Numbered from the stretch's first letter, positions 28,174 through 42,284 are shown. The stretch: 64,000 bases of DNA from Utricularia gibba (GCA_002189035.1 NEEC01000002.1:1178001-1242000); one strand, 5' to 3'. Notes: a model not told the origin generated them from the sequence alone. Translations and numbers: made by a program.

Positions 28174-30081
28174 TCAGTAGGGCGAAACGCCGACGTTTGC
28201 CGCAGCCGCCGGACCAAGAAACCCTTCTTTCATAAGCACATCATCTCCCTCCTTCAAAATTTAGGGTTTTTGCCATCAAGAGTCAGTCAAACGGAATTCA
28301 GAATTTAGGGTTTTCAAACATCATTATTACATACACGCACCTGCTGGCACACATTCGTCTTCTTCACCGGCTGGTCGGGCATGAGACCGAAGTGGATATG
28401 CGGAAAGTGGGCCCACTGAAAACCAAAAAAACAGTATTATTAAAAAAACAGCAGTCGTTAAGAGAACATGGCGACAACCGACAAACACGACGCGACAAGA
28501 AAAACCTATACACACCACATCCATCGTCTCCCTACATAGAAACTATTCAAACCCAGATTAAAAAAACGCCATTGTCGAGAGCTTGCTGTCTGTGTAAACT
28601 TTGTTAGAATTAGCAGAGAAGAGGAATCACATCAGACCCCTCTCTCAGATTTGGAATCAACTGGTGAAGAACAGTCTTTATTTCTTACGTTTTTGGCAGC
28701 AGCGCTGAAGGCCTCCCTGTGACTAATATCAGGGTTTCCAGCTTTGATACGTTGGATCTCGTCCCTGCAATCGACAACGCCAACTAATTTCAATAGTTTT
28801 ATAATATAAAATTCTTCCATGCTACGGTAAGCAGTAGGCAACAGTCATCTTTTTGTTCCCATTAAAACTCGTGCGCTGTAAAAGAGCCCCGCCTCCATGA
28901 ATAAAGCTGCAGCAGCACAAAACCCTTGCAGCTTTCTGGCTAGCGGTGAGGGGGGCAGTGCCCTAGACTAGGGTTATACGTATAATAAACCTTGCATCTA
29001 TCTTTCAAGCTACCATCGTATCTTGTCCTAGATTCTGGAATGGAATGGAATGGAAAACTCACTTGATGAAGCGGTTGTAGGCGGAGGGGACTCGCTGTCT
29101 TTTCTCCGGCGCTGAAATGGGAAAACAACGCAAAAGAAGAAGTCAAAATATATTTCTGCAACTCATCACTTCTCCATCATTCTGCAATGATTTTTTAAAA
29201 GCTCGGATCCCGGGGAACTCACAATCCTCTAGTCATTTAATACGACCCAGGGAAAAAAATGATCAAGAAAGTTACCCAAGTGAAACACAAGAACTAGGGT
29301 TTCAGAACTTGATGAGATGCACATGGGTAACAGCAAGAAGCATTCAATGGGGTTTGATTAACGGTTAGTAGTGATCTAATGCAGGATTAAGATTTAAGAG
29401 AAAAGGTAATCTGACGTCGATTAGCAGCAGGTGGCTTGGGGAGCTCATCCATGCTGCCGCTGCGGACAGGGTTGGGGTTGGGCTGGTTGATGAACACATT
29501 TGCTGGAGAATTCCTGATCTCCTCCTGTACGCAATTCGCCAAGTTAGTACAAGAATCTATTGGAAAAGGATCCAGATCCTTCACTACTGAAAGAAACGAA
29601 AAAACAAGGGTTATGCTTGTTTGTTTACCAAGAGGTTCTGAGGGGAGAAGAAGGGGTGGCCCTGAAGAAGTTGGTGGGCGCCGGCGGGATGAAGCGGCGT
29701 CCTCATATACACAGAGAGGAGAGTGGTGCAGTGGCCGCATCTCACAGTCACCGTCTTGAACAAGCTTGTGCAGGGAACACTCACCTGATTGATCAACACA
29801 CAATCAAAAAGAAGCCCTGAAAAACAACCTCAAGTTGCAAAAAGGGACATGGGAAGAGTCTTCGCTACAAAAAAGGCCTTTTCATACTCCACAAAGAAGA
29901 AAGTGAGTGTCAATATCAAAACACAGTCATGTCAAAAGATTGGATCCTGTACCGCGAGAACGGTGTCACAGACTTGGCAATGAACATAGCAGAGCTGCTC
30001 CGCCGCGGCGTGGTGGTGGTGATGGTGGAGGTGGTGGCTCTCCGGCGCTGCAAATGGGAAGGAAGAAGAAGAAGAGGACAT
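28174..30081 (-). CDS. FIL: YABBY transcription factor, FIL/YAB3 clade (7 exons)
   Basis: [90 protein letters not shown] and last exon ...[19 protein letters not shown]-stop. Confidence 0.93.
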
Positions 30082-31983
30082 TCTTCCTTTCTTGAGAAGG
30101 AGGGTTGAGTTTTTATTCAGAAAGGAAGCTTCTGGTTTAACCCTGTCTTTTCTTTTTTCTTCTAAGTTTTGGTGGTTGATTTGATTGATGATTCGTTCTC
30201 CTGGTATATATATATCTCTGCATCCTCATCCTCCCTCCCCGAACTCTCCTCCTTACAGGAATAGGAATAGGACTAGCAGTAGCAGTAGCAGCAGTAGGGG
30301 GCCGCGCCTCGGGCAGGCCACACCAATAACCAACCCTAAAATCATCCCATTTTCTACATTTTCTTTTTTTAAAAAAAAACATTCCATGTAAAATTAATTT
30401 TAACTTTTATTTAGAAATATCTATCACCATACTCACATTGATTGACCCTATTCATAATCGATGTGGGTTTCATTCTCTTCAAAATCAACTATTAAACGAA
30501 TCGATAAAAATGCAAGATCGACAAACGAATCAATCATCGTAATCTTGGAAAATATCGATAAGACGAACACATATATTACATGATCATAGAGCTAATACGT
30601 GCAATATCCCCAAATTATATATTTATTATATAAAAGATCGAAACGATGCCGTTTCATTGACTCATATGATAATTTGGTTAAGTTAATGAGTATCTAATAT
30701 CACTATTGAAATTAAAATTGATTCATAATAATAATGTAGTAAATAATATTCAAAATAATTATTAAATTGAGCAGATATTGAGGATAAATACGCCACCGAC
30801 CATTCCTAATTCTTAAATTAAGTTTTTTTTAAAAAGGTGTCCGAATAAAAAAATATTTAAAAAAGAAATAAATATCTGAGCTGTCCATAAAATAAAAGCC
30901 ATAAATGACGGGCTGCTACCCCGTGGCATATCATTATCTCTTTTCTGTACGTCCTTCAGCCTTTGCTCCATTTTCTTCACACAAAAATAAATAAAAAATA
31001 TTATTAAATAAATAAATATAAATTAATTCGAAAAAACAAAAGAAACGTGTCAGTCACCCATCGTTTACCATGTGATATTATCATTATTAAATATTTAGTT
31101 TACATAAATATAATTTGAAATCGGACGTCACATAAAAAAAGGATTTTTAAAATTGTTAAAAATTCACAAATTTCTTTTATTTTAATCTATATTTTAATTA
31201 GCAGTATCAGACGTGTCCCAAGTTTTTTTAAGAGTAAAAAAATAATAATTTTGAATTTTGTGATGTAATGGGTTTTAAGTTACACGTGGCATTGGGGTGT
31301 ACGCTGCAAACCGCAACAATGGCCACTAATGTATCGATCAACTCGGGGCTGAATATCTGTTTAGGGATTGTTTATTAAATTGGATATATAAAATTATTAG
31401 ATTATATTTAATGGGTTTGATATAGAAATTTTTCTATATTTAGTATATGAGAGGTATAAATGAGTAAAAAAAGGATAACTAATGTTTTTTTCTTCAAATT
31501 TGTCAATTTGGTGGGTTTTAAAAAATTAAAGATTTATATTTTAAAAAATTTAGGATTGAATGGCCCGTGTGATTGTATGTGAAACTTATGTACATAAAAA
31601 ACGAATTTTGTATTTAAAAAAATTAAATTTAATCGATTACTTATAGTTTATCATGTATTTGAGTATTTAAATTTAATTTCCCGTGTGGTACTATTTATTA
31701 TTATATATATCAAGATCGAAAAAATAAAAGAAAATGATTTGATTAATTATTCAATTAAAAAGGGATAAAAATGTGGAGGAAAGGTGAAAGGGTGGGGGTG
31801 TAAAATGGTAATTTGCAGTTTGCGTGAAATTCATTTGTTGTGATACGACGTGTCGTTGGGCTTTGCTTCTCTCTCCGCGTCACTGTAGCGCGCGGACACA
31901 GGGATACGTTGTTGTCAGTGAAAATTTAGGTAACGACGCATGTCTTTCTTACCAGCGTACGGCGCCCCTTCCCCCGCCACCCT

Positions 31984-32014
31984 CTGCTGCTGCTGCTGCT
32001 GCTGCTTCTTCTTC
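31984..32014. repeat. (CTG)n(CTT)n compound microsatellite
   Basis: About 7 CTG units followed by TCT units. Confidence 0.85.
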
Positions 32015-32551
32015 TTTTTTAATTAGGTTAACCGAATTGATTACCATTTGGCACCAGGGCGCGGATAGTCCAACCTACTCAAGATTTGGGGCTTTATTGT
32101 TTTTTTCCTGAATCAGGGTTTGAGACTGCTTTCGTTAATTTTCGGTGGTTGACGTTAAATGGATTGGGCAGGGGGATGGTTGGCACTGAGAAGACGCTTT
32201 TGGAATGCGGGGGGGGGCCCCTGTTCAAAGACAGGGTAGAGAGGGCTTGTCTTTTCCATGTATGAACACGGCCATCTCCAAAAGCCACGAACGAACGGTG
32301 GGCTGTTCACATGGCGCAAAGGGTGCCATCAGACTGCGCACGCATTTGGGGTGAAATTGTTACTCTTTTGTGTTGCTGGGGAGCAGTAGTAACACAGCAG
32401 TTTTGAGTTTTTACATTTTCAGAGTGTTGTGTTGTTTGTCTAACAGCACAGTATTAAAGACAGATCCCCCATTTGTGACCTACTGAACTGATGTGATATT
32501 TTATGGGAAGAAGCCATGGCATACAAATGAAAGGAAGAAACAGGGGTGGGC

Positions 32552-33816
32552 TCAGTCAGTTACTTGGACAGCAGTAGGATAAACTTTGGATGGAATGACC
32601 CTGCCACCAATCCAGAACCCAGGCATCACCATTAGGCCGACTTTTGGTTTCTGATCCTCATCTTTTGTGGTGAAGTTCTTCACCACACTTTCCATGTAAA
32701 TCTCTGAGTATTCCTCATCTTGTTTTACCTGAAATACCTTCGCAGGGGGTCAAAAGAATGTGCCAATCTATGGAGAAGCCAGATGGATTTGGCCAACTTC
32801 AAAAACGCCTGGTAAAATGCCGTTCTTGGATGTCCACCCCTGGTTATGAAGTTCCTGTGGTCCAAGTTCCCAAAGAATGATCCTTCCATTTTCTCGTGGA
32901 CTACTAGGATGTACTTGGACTGGCAAAATTTTCCGAATGATGCATCCACGCTTGAGCATGCAGCATCAAGAGGGTCAGCATCCCTTAAGGCCAGATACTG
33001 CTGAAAGAAGCTTTCTTTGTCCGGTGGATTCTCTAACACTAGCGAGAAGCCTTCGTCTTGAAATCCAATGAACATTTTCTGGCAAATATGCGACTCAAAG
33101 GCATATTTTTTGTGAGCCCTCTTAGCATAAGTGACACCTGGTTCGATGGCATTTGCTGCAGCATCCAGATCCCAATCAGCAGCTTTCAACATGTTCATCA
33201 ATGGCTTGGAGAAATCATGGACCGCCCTAGAAGCATCCTCTAATGCTAACTTAAAAAGATCAAAATTCAGCTCCACTGACGCAGGCCGTTGCTCACTTCC
33301 ACTCCCCTCAGATTCTTTTGTTGACAAGCCCCTGAGTTTCAGGTTCTTTTCAAGCTTCAGTTTTTTCTGATGCGCATCTTGAATTTGCTGCTCCAGCTGA
33401 AGAATCTCGGAGTCTTTATTCTGGATTTCAGATTGAAATTTCTTAACCATCACTTCATACGTCTTCAATAAGCTCTGCTGCTCCTGAATCTCGGCTGCTA
33501 ATCGTGAGTCTTGGGGAGAGATGCAAACAGGCTTGGGGTTGTTCTCTCTGTAAAAATGCTTTAGCTCGGACAAATTCTTTAGCTCAGCTACCACAAGCTT
33601 ATCAGCAGCTTGGATCTTTTCAGGATCATAGGGAGTGTGAGCAGCCTGAAGTTGTATGTACGCCGTCTTCAACGACGAGATGTTGGAGAATATCCTCGAT
33701 ATCAAGGATTCCATGGCTTCAGGAGTCTGATAATTGGCTTCCTCCATTGGTTGTGGGTGAACCTTTTGGTTGCTGGTATCACGAAGTTGGTTGTCTCTGA
33801 CTCCACTGTGTTGCAT
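32552..33816 (-). CDS. GIL1: GRAVITROPIC IN THE LIGHT 1 / DUF641 protein
   Basis: QKVHPQPMEE, LQAAHTPYDPEKIQAAD, EQQSLLKTYE, AFLKLAKSIWLLHRLA. The C-terminal part (VFQVKQDEEYSEIYMESV...VGLMVMPGFWIG) continues after a -1 shift at the G5 run 32745-32749. Confidence 0.92.
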
Positions 33817-35216
33817 ATCTACAGGTAGACAGAAGATTCACCTCTGCGAACAGGGCTGCAAGAAGAAACATAACAAAATGGATGAAGCAACAGAAATGCA
33901 AACCACATCATGGAATCCAGAACGAATTGAACTATCCGCCTGTTGAAATCTGTCAAGTGTCACCCATCTCATGACAACATATCTTCCGAATCACCAGCGC
34001 CGCAAGTGCATAATTCACCGTTTTTAAGAATGCAAAAGAAGGAAATGAAACCTTGATGAACAGATACTACCCAAAAGTGACCACATTTTCTCGAACAAAG
34101 GGAAATGGAAAGTCTTGCTTGCCCTCCAATTCATCCCAACGCCACCAAAATCCTACAAAACCCTCCTCCAAAATTGGGCATATTTCCTATCCCAAGCTAA
34201 CCGAGTAGCCCACCCAGAAATCAAAGCAAATGAATACCTCGAAAAAAAAAAAACAAAACAACAACCCCGAGAGTTCGAAAAAACTGCCACTACCATAAAT
34301 GATCCCTAATTCGGAAGCGTAGAAGCACCCAGATCAAGTAAACGAAACCTTAGCATCAAGTGGCAGAAACGAAGGTCTGGAACTGATCCTGATAAAGAAG
34401 AGAAAGAGATGTTGCGTTGCGGTGGCTGTTCCCGACGAAGAGCACGCGCTTCAACTTTCAGAATTCCTTTTTCTTTTTGCTGATTATTAGGCTTTCATTT
34501 CAGGATACAGCGACCGTGGTGGGCCCAGACGCCAACATTTGGGCCCGGCCCATCTCACCTTTAACCAGCTTTGGGCTTCCGTACATCCTCTAATTATTTA
34601 TTCTTTTATAAAATGAATAATAAATAAAAAATACGTAGATTTTAGGGTTAATTATTATCCTAAATATTTATTACCCAATAAATACAGATTTGTTTTATTC
34701 TGAGTTCCAAATATGCGGAATGGGAAGAAACCATGAATGATTGAGAAGGAATCCGGAGAAGAGCCAATGGAAACCCTAGGGCTAAAAGTAAATCCAGTTC
34801 AAGTTTACTAAATCTAGGTTATTTCTCGTAGTCCAACTTGAATTCTTCTTCACTCGTTTTTTTCTCAACTTTTTTCTCCACCATTCAACACCAGAATCAC
34901 CAGGAAGAAGACAAGGCAGGGAAAAGGTGAAACTTTTATCACCTACGGGATATCTGTCAATCGTCTCTCTCTGGTTATTGGGTCCCCTCCCCCATTCTGG
35001 AAAAAAGAAGCCAAGCATTCTTTGACAACACCCCATTTGTGCAGTGAGCGTGTTTCATTGGGTGGTGAGAAAAAGCAAGAATCTTTATGGCATTTTGTTG
35101 CGTTCTTTGCATCTTATTCTGAGGCTCTGATTGGACAAATGCATTCTTGGAAGGGAATATTGATCTGGGTGTCTTGAATTCCGTAATAATTTTTGTGGTG
35201 TAATTGCCTTTTACAG

Positions 35217-36510
35217 ATGAATTACATTGACGACGCGCCGTCGTCTCCCGGGAAGTTCAAGATGGAGAAATCTTCACACAAAAGGCTGCATTCTTCTCTT
35301 GCGAAGCTTACATTTTGGTCTCTTGTTTTTCTGGGTTTCACTTTCATCTACCTTTATCGCTTCAACGCTTCTTCTTCGTCCCACTATCAATCAGATTCGT
35401 CGAGGAGATCTCTAAGGACCACTTTCTATGGAGGCCCTGTATTCGAAAGGAAGGTTCAAGCATCGGCTAAAATGAGGCCGGGTCGAAGAATGTCTGTTTT
35501 GGTAACTGGGGCTGCAGGTTTTGTAGGCTCTCATGTCTCATTAGCTCTTAAGCGTAGAGGTGATGGCATTTTAGGGCTTGACAACTTCAATAATTACTAC
35601 GATCCTTCCTTGAAAAGGGCAAGGCAAGCCCTTTTGGAACGCAGTGGGTGTTTATTGTGGAGGGTGATATAAATGATGTTGAGTTATTGAAGAAGCTCTT
35701 CGACATTGTGCCTTTCACTCACGTTATGCATTTAGCAGCACAAGCTGGTGTGCGTTATGCCATGGAGAATCCAAGCTCTTATGTTCATAGCAACATTGCT
35801 GGGCTTGTTAGCCTTCTTGAGGTCTGTAAGAGTGCTAATCCTCAGCCTGCTATCGTGTGGGCATCCAGTAGCTCTGTTTATGGGTTGAATACAAAGGTTC
35901 CGTTTTCTGAGAAGGATAGAACTGATCAGCCAGCAAGTTTATATGCTGCTACTAAGAAGGCCGGGGAAGAGATTGCACACACATACAACCATATTTACGG
36001 GCTTTCCCTAACCGGTTTGAGGTTCTTTACCGTTTATGGACCATGGGGTAGGCCGGACATGGCATACTTCTTCTTCACTAGGAATATTTTGAAGGGTAAA
36101 GGCATTCCTATATTTGAGGCACCGAATCATGGGACAGTTGCTCGGGATTTCACCTTCATTGAGGATATAGTGAAGGGTTGTCTGGCTGCTTTGGATACGG
36201 CTGAGGAAAGCACCGGAAGTGGAGGGAAGAAGAAGGGCCGGCTCAGCTGCGAGTATACAACCTGGGGAACACATCTCCTGTCCCTGTAGCTGACCTTGTA
36301 AGCATTTTGGAGAAGTTGCTAAAGGTGAAGGCCAATAGATTGGTTACCAAATTGCCAAGAAACGGTGATGTACAGTTTACACATGCCAACATAAGTTTGG
36401 CTCAGAGAGAACTTGGCTACAAGCCCACTACTGATCTACACGCAGGGCTGAAGAAGTTTGTCCACTGGTACGTGAATTACTATGCTGATGGCAAGAGAAG
36501 TGCTCACTGA
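35217..36510 (+). CDS. GAE: UDP-D-glucuronate 4-epimerase (GAE2/3/4 group), intronless
   Basis: N-terminal TM segment, VLVTGAAGFVG, HLAAQAGVRYA, YAATKKAGEE, RFFTVYGPWGRPDMA. Two apparent -1 shifts at about 35646 and 36235. Confidence 0.93.
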
Positions 36511-37439
36511 GACTCTATTTTTGTCTCCAAGGGTGCTGTTTGTGATATCATTCTTTGGTATTCTTGTGATTGTTTCTTCATAACATGGCTACCTCCGTTT
36601 TCTTTTGCCATTGATTCTCAATCCCACGGGAGTTTCTTTCTATAGTTGGCAGACATTGGTCGGATGACAATCTTTGTCAGTTCACGCATTTAATTTCTTT
36701 GACTGTTTTCTTTAGGTCTGGATTCTTGCCTCATAGAGAAAGAGCATTTCATTGATTCAATCATTTGTAGATTCTTTGCAATCTTTTCGAGTGATATGGT
36801 GCAAATTCCAGAAATCAATACATTTAACAGATTCAGATACTTAACATTGGTTCTTCTGCTCATATTTTTCTTGATTCTGTTGGATTAAACTTCATGATCA
36901 CCAAGAGATTAGATACGTTCACAGCAAAAGAGAATTTTGAAAGGAGTGTAGATCGATGACCATCTTCAAAATCAAGAAGTTCATGTGTTGTCTGTTGATG
37001 CACCAAACAATTCATCTTTAGGACATGGAGGAAAGCCCACCAATTTCGATGGCAGATGCCGCCATTTGCCAAGGAGATTCAAAATCCAGGGCAGGGGCAC
37101 AGTGAAAATGTTGCAATGCGTTTACAATTCATTTGTTGTTGATATAAGCACAAACAGAATCGGAAAACTAGGTCTCAACCATATGAACGCTGTTGAAGAA
37201 GATGTCAACTTACAGTGGTGGCTTCAAGGAAGACGACCAGGGGAACTTGGATCCGCCATGATGGGCTGGTCTTAGTAAAGATTCGCAAGTAACGTTTTTC
37301 ACTGCTAGTTGTACGATTCACACCCCCAACTGTACGTATGATTCATGCGTGAGTTGCCTGCATTCATTGTTTTCTGTGACTTTGATCCCGCAGTCGTAGT
37401 ATTTTTCCACTGATATTTTTGCACGGACTCCACGGGGCC

Positions 37440-38260
37440 AACCAGCGGCTGCTGGAAATGGCGGCTTTCGATCCGCCCGGAAAGTTTTACGCACATTGAG
37501 CGCATTCTCGTGGCCGGTTTCTTGCCCTCACTTCGAGTGTCGCCCCCGAGGCGTCACGTTGATCAGAGCCGGTGCGATCATTTTCAATGACGTCGCGGAT
37601 CTCGCCGTCGGGCTCCTAGTGAACGTCCTGCGGAAAATCAGCCCTGGAATTCGCTACTTAGGAGCGGATTGTGGATCTTAGATGGTGATTCTCACTTGGC
37701 TTCAAGGTACGCGCAAAATTAACGACCCCCAGATATCAAACAAAGAATCTATCTTTTGTTTGATGATCGTAGTTGGGTGGCAAGAAATGTGGAATTTTTG
37801 GCCTGGGAAGCATCGGGATAGCAGTAGCAAAGAATGCCCAATCCCTTGGATGTCAGATACTATACAATTCAAGGAACAAGAAGCACTCAGTCCCATACAA
37901 ATTCTGTAGACATCCAAGAACCAGGCTTGGATTCGGATTCCTGATCCTCTACTGTGCTTTGAACAACGTAACTTGGAATATAATCAACGGTGTGATCTCC
38001 TGATTGTGGACATTCTCGTGGGTCAGTGATTGATGAGAAGGCACTGGTGCAGTTCTTGAAGTGCGGGGAAATTGTGGGTGCTGGTTTGGTCGTCTTTGAG
38101 ACAGAGCCCCTGTCTTCAAGATAGCTACGTGGTGTTGTCCCAGCATGGTGCTGTGTTCACACAGGAGTCTTTCAAAGCACTGGTCGTGTTTCTCTGTGGG
38201 AATTCGGACAACTTCTTCAAGAACAAGCCTTTCCGTAATTTCCTTCCTCTTGAGGAGTAG
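37440..38260 (+). pseudogene. Degraded hydroxyphenylpyruvate/hydroxypyruvate reductase (HPPR/HPR3-like, D-2-hydroxyacid dehydrogenase)
   Basis: ECRPRGVT, DVADLAVGLL.NVLRKIS, LGGKKCGIFGLGSIG, IDEKALVQFL..GEI.GAGLVVFETEP and VVLSQHGAVFT. Interrupted by several frameshifts and multi-codon deletions. One GT-AG intron retained (about 37708-37772). Confidence 0.8.
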
Positions 38261-39238
38261 ATTTCACAGAAAAGTCTATTAAGAACGCAGATTTGTCGAT
38301 TGTTTGAAATAAAAAAATGTAGTAGATGGCCACCAGAGAAGTGTCTTCTTCTAACGTTCAGCTGACTCAGCTCCACATCTCTCGCACCGACGAGGGATTT
38401 TCTGTGCTTCTGTTCTTAGCTAGCTCATCGTACACACACAGCATGGGAGCTGTTCACACTGCCTGAAGTGAATTCTAACTTGTCAATACAAGGGACATGA
38501 TTAAGGTTAGGAAATGGTCTAGGCTGCCCTGTTAGATCTTCCCTCCGTTGACCGTACTTGTTACAGTCAAGTGTGCTTTGCTGAAATGTCCGGTGTGAAT
38601 GAATGGCTATGGTGAGTACGGTCACTTTGTGGTCGCCGCCCCCAACTGCGGACAAAATCAAACCTCGCGTGCGATCTCAATGCCTGGAACATGGCGGGCC
38701 ATTTATGGCTTGCGCCAAAAACTGCAATAAATTGTTTGGAGACGTACGGACGTTTTACAGGCACAAGCTGCGGTAACAAGACAAGAGCCTGTAACTTCAC
38801 GGCCTGGTTTCTGTAGTCTGTATTCAGGACAGCAACAAGCATATTTTTTTATTAATTATACGTCGTACCTGCAGTTACTGCGTTCTAAAGAAAAAAACAT
38901 TTCCAATTTCCTTCTGCTCGTTGAGAGGACCTGATCGGGACGGGGGATCGGACAAGTCTTCCTTCTCTCGGATATGGGGAAGTTGCGGTACATGGGAGCT
39001 CTGCTTGGTACTTAGTATTTCATCGCCTTTTTTTGTTTTTCTGATAACGGGGGCGTAATTTAGTATGCTGGTCGCTTCTTTTTTCTGCTGGGTACTGTTT
39101 ATGGGAATTGATTCATGGGGCTCTACTTGGGTTTTCTGGTCTGTGCCGGGTATCATGTTTTGGGTTTGTGATGGTGTTGCAGAGATTTGGGTTAGGGTTT
39201 TGAAGGTGAACTGAAATCTGCGGGAATTCATCTCTGAG

Positions 39239-42200
39239 ATGTGCGCTTTTCGTGCATCTTCTGTTCTTGTGTTATTTTTTTTTTTTTTTGATTCTGGTCA
39301 ATTTTTTCGTAGGATGTTTTGTTCTTCTCCTACTTGAAAGCTGTGTGGTGTTTGCCAGCGACATAGTTCACCCGGATGAGAATGGCCCGAAGAGGCCTGG
39401 GTGTGATAACAACTTCGTACTGGTAAGGGAAGTTATGATGTTCGTACACCATTTTCTGTAGCCTATCGTTGAAAGTAATTTTCTTTCAGCTGAGTTTGAT
39501 AAGCAGTAGTTATCTGACATGATTGTGGTTCTATGAAGGGAAATCACACTCAGAAACTGTGGTTCCACTTATTGTATTGCCTCGTTTGTTTTGATAAGTA
39601 GTTTTATGAAATCCCTGCTAATTGGAAATGACTGTTTCTTGATAGGTAAAAGTGCCAATCTGGATCGATGGGAAAGAGGAAATGGAGTTTGTTGGAGTTG
39701 GAGCTAGATTTGGTCCCACTTTGGAATCAAAGGAAAGGCGAGCAAACCAAACAACTGTTGCGTTTGCTGAACCACTTGATTGCTGCAGTAAGCCAAGGAA
39801 TAAGGTTTGTGGTCTATGTAACCTTTAGGAAACCATCGCCTTTTTTAGTGAAGTAAAGACATTCTTCTCACCTTGGGGTTGTTTTCGCTGCCTCAGTTGA
39901 CAGGTGAGGCTATCTTGGTGTACCGAGGAAACTGCAGTTTTGTTACAAAAGCAAATGTTGCAGAAGATGCTGGTGCTTCAGCTCTAATCATTATAAACAA
40001 CCAGACAGGTTTCTTTTTTCATTGTTAGTGTTGCGAAGAAAAAAAAGTGTAATTATACTAAAGATCCCTTTTCTGTTTTTATGTCATTTTTTTAACCGGG
40101 CACCTTCAGAACTCTTGAAGATGGTTTGTGATGAAAATGAGACTGATTTGACGATTGGTATACCTGTTGTCATGCTTCCACAAGATGCTGGCCAGAGCTT
40201 GAATCAGAGCATGTCTACAAACTCACATGGTAAGTTCTCCTTTACAGCATCAGAAGAAAAAAATATCATCTTTGCCTGTTATATCCATTCAGAGTTTATA
40301 TGGTGTTCTGCAGTACAGATTTACATGACTCGTATGCCACATAATCTTGCTTTTATTCTCAGTATCCATCCAAATTTACTCCCCAAAGCGCCCATTGGTT
40401 GACGTTGCTGAAGTTTTTCTTTGGCTAATGGCTGTTTCTACCGTCTTATGTGCTTCTTATTGGTCTGCATGGAGCGCCAGAGAAGCAGCCACTGAGCTAG
40501 AGAAGCTCCTGAAGGTATTAAAATATTCAATATCTTTCAATCAGCTTCCAAAAGTGCAGCTGCATTGTGATTGGTGATCCATGTAAACATGCAGGATGAT
40601 ACTGATGGGTACTCTACAAGAGTGGAACGTCATTCAAGTGCTGTTATAGACATCAGTACAACCTCCACAATTGCTTTTGTGGTGATCGCATCATGTTTCT
40701 TGGTTATGCTCTACAAGCTGATGTCCCATGTCTTCATTGAGATACTCGTTGTTGTATTCTGCCTTGGTGGCTTTGAGGTACACAAGAATTTTTCAGATGG
40801 AAAGTCACCTCTATATTTTTTACTCCCTGCCTTTAGAAACATCTGATTTGCTGGTGTAAACTGCGCAGGGTTTGCTAACTTGTCTAGTGGCTTTGCTATC
40901 ACGGTATGTGACTTGTTTCCGAATTGTTCCATGTGTTCTGATAGCTTCATTATTAGAGTTCAATGTCAATTTTTTGGTACAAATCTCCATTGAATGAGAA
41001 AACATATAGCTTTTGAGGAAGAGGAGCCTTATGTGTGTTGAATTTTTTTTCATTACAGTTTCCGATTGTTCGAACGTCTTGCCGAATCTTATGTCGAAGT
41101 ACCATTGCTTGGGCCTGTATCTTATCTTACAGTAGCCACTGCCCCATTTTGTGCCATAGCAGCAGGTTTATGGGGAGTGTTCCATACATTTCCTTACGCA
41201 TGGATCGGCCAGGACATACTTGTAAGAATGAAATTCAGATGCTTAAATATCCATTTGATCATCCGGAGTGAACTGTTTCTGAGTAAAAAAATCCCATGCT
41301 TCACCTTTGAAACAGGGGATTGCATTGATAACCACCGTGCTCCAGATCGTGCGAGTCCCAAACCTTAAGGTTTAGTTTTCATGGGTCACTTTGCAAACAA
41401 GTGATATCTCTGAAATCCTTGCATTCTGACTCGAAGTTTCCAATGGTTGCTCAGGTGGGAACACTCCTGCTCTCCTGTGCATTGTTGTATGACATATTCT
41501 GGGTGTTCGTATCGAAATGGTGGTTCCACAGGAGTGTGATGATAGTGGTAAGTCTCCATTCCCAGACCATGGATTGGGAGCTCATTGATCCTCGCTTCCA
41601 CCCCTTCATTTCCCTTGTCCCGCAGGTGGCTCGTGGCGACGGAAGCGGGGAAGACGGCATCCCGATGCTCCTCAAGATCCCCGGTTGTTCGACCCCTGGG
41701 GTGGCTACAGCATCATTGGATTTGGCGATATCATCTTGCCTGGACTGGTAGTTGCATTTTCACTGAGGTATCATCATCTCCTTCATACCAGTTCCTTCAC
41801 ACACATCAAGAACACTCCCTGTGATCGGAAAAGAATGACTTGATGCTGCATTCTAGGCACGATTTTCTTTCTCGTAGAGGTTTGAAATCTGGGTACTTCC
41901 TCTGGGCGATGCTCGCCTACGGTTTCGGTATGATCCTTCTGCCGTCTCGTTATCGAATACGAGCCGTCGATCACTTTGTGGGCTTCTTGGCGCAGGTCTT
42001 CTGGTTACATACGTGGCCCTGAATCTGATGGACGGCCATGGCCAGCCGGCGTTGCTGTACATCGTTCCGTTCACTCTAGGTATTTCACCCAGCCACCTGG
42101 ATTTTCCATATCGTTTCGTAATGCTGTCCGCTGTTCAGGCACGCTGATCACGTTGGCGAACAAGAGAGGGGAGCTGAGTCATCTATGGAGCATGCGAGGA

Positions 42201-42284
42201 GCCGGCGGGGGTGTCGCCGCCGGTGGCCGGTGCCCACACGTCCGGCTTCAGCAGGAGGAAGAAGGCAGCAAAGTGAAGTCCTAG
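39239..42284 (+). CDS. SPPL: Signal peptide peptidase-like aspartic protease (SPPL2/SPPL4 group), multi-exon
   Basis: DIVHPD...[13 protein letters not shown] domain, [18 protein letters not shown] (YD), [10 protein letters not shown] (GxGD) and [10 protein letters not shown] (PAL). Apparent -1 shift at the C run about 41680. The start codon is approximate. Confidence 0.93.

Noticed and set aside
28096-28312. Telo-box motifs AAACCCTAA/TTAGGGTTT
   Set aside because: They fall in the YABBY last intron and 3' region rather than a promoter. They are isolated copies, not an interstitial telomere array.
30459-30469. USE-like sequence on the minus strand (AACCCACATCG)
   Set aside because: One mismatch to the consensus and no TATA box at either Pol II or Pol III spacing.
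32552-36510. GIL1 and GAE as pseudogenes or programmed frameshift genes
   Set aside because: The lesions are single G/C-run deletions with fully conserved protein on both sides and no slippery-site/pseudoknot context. Assembly error is more parsimonious.
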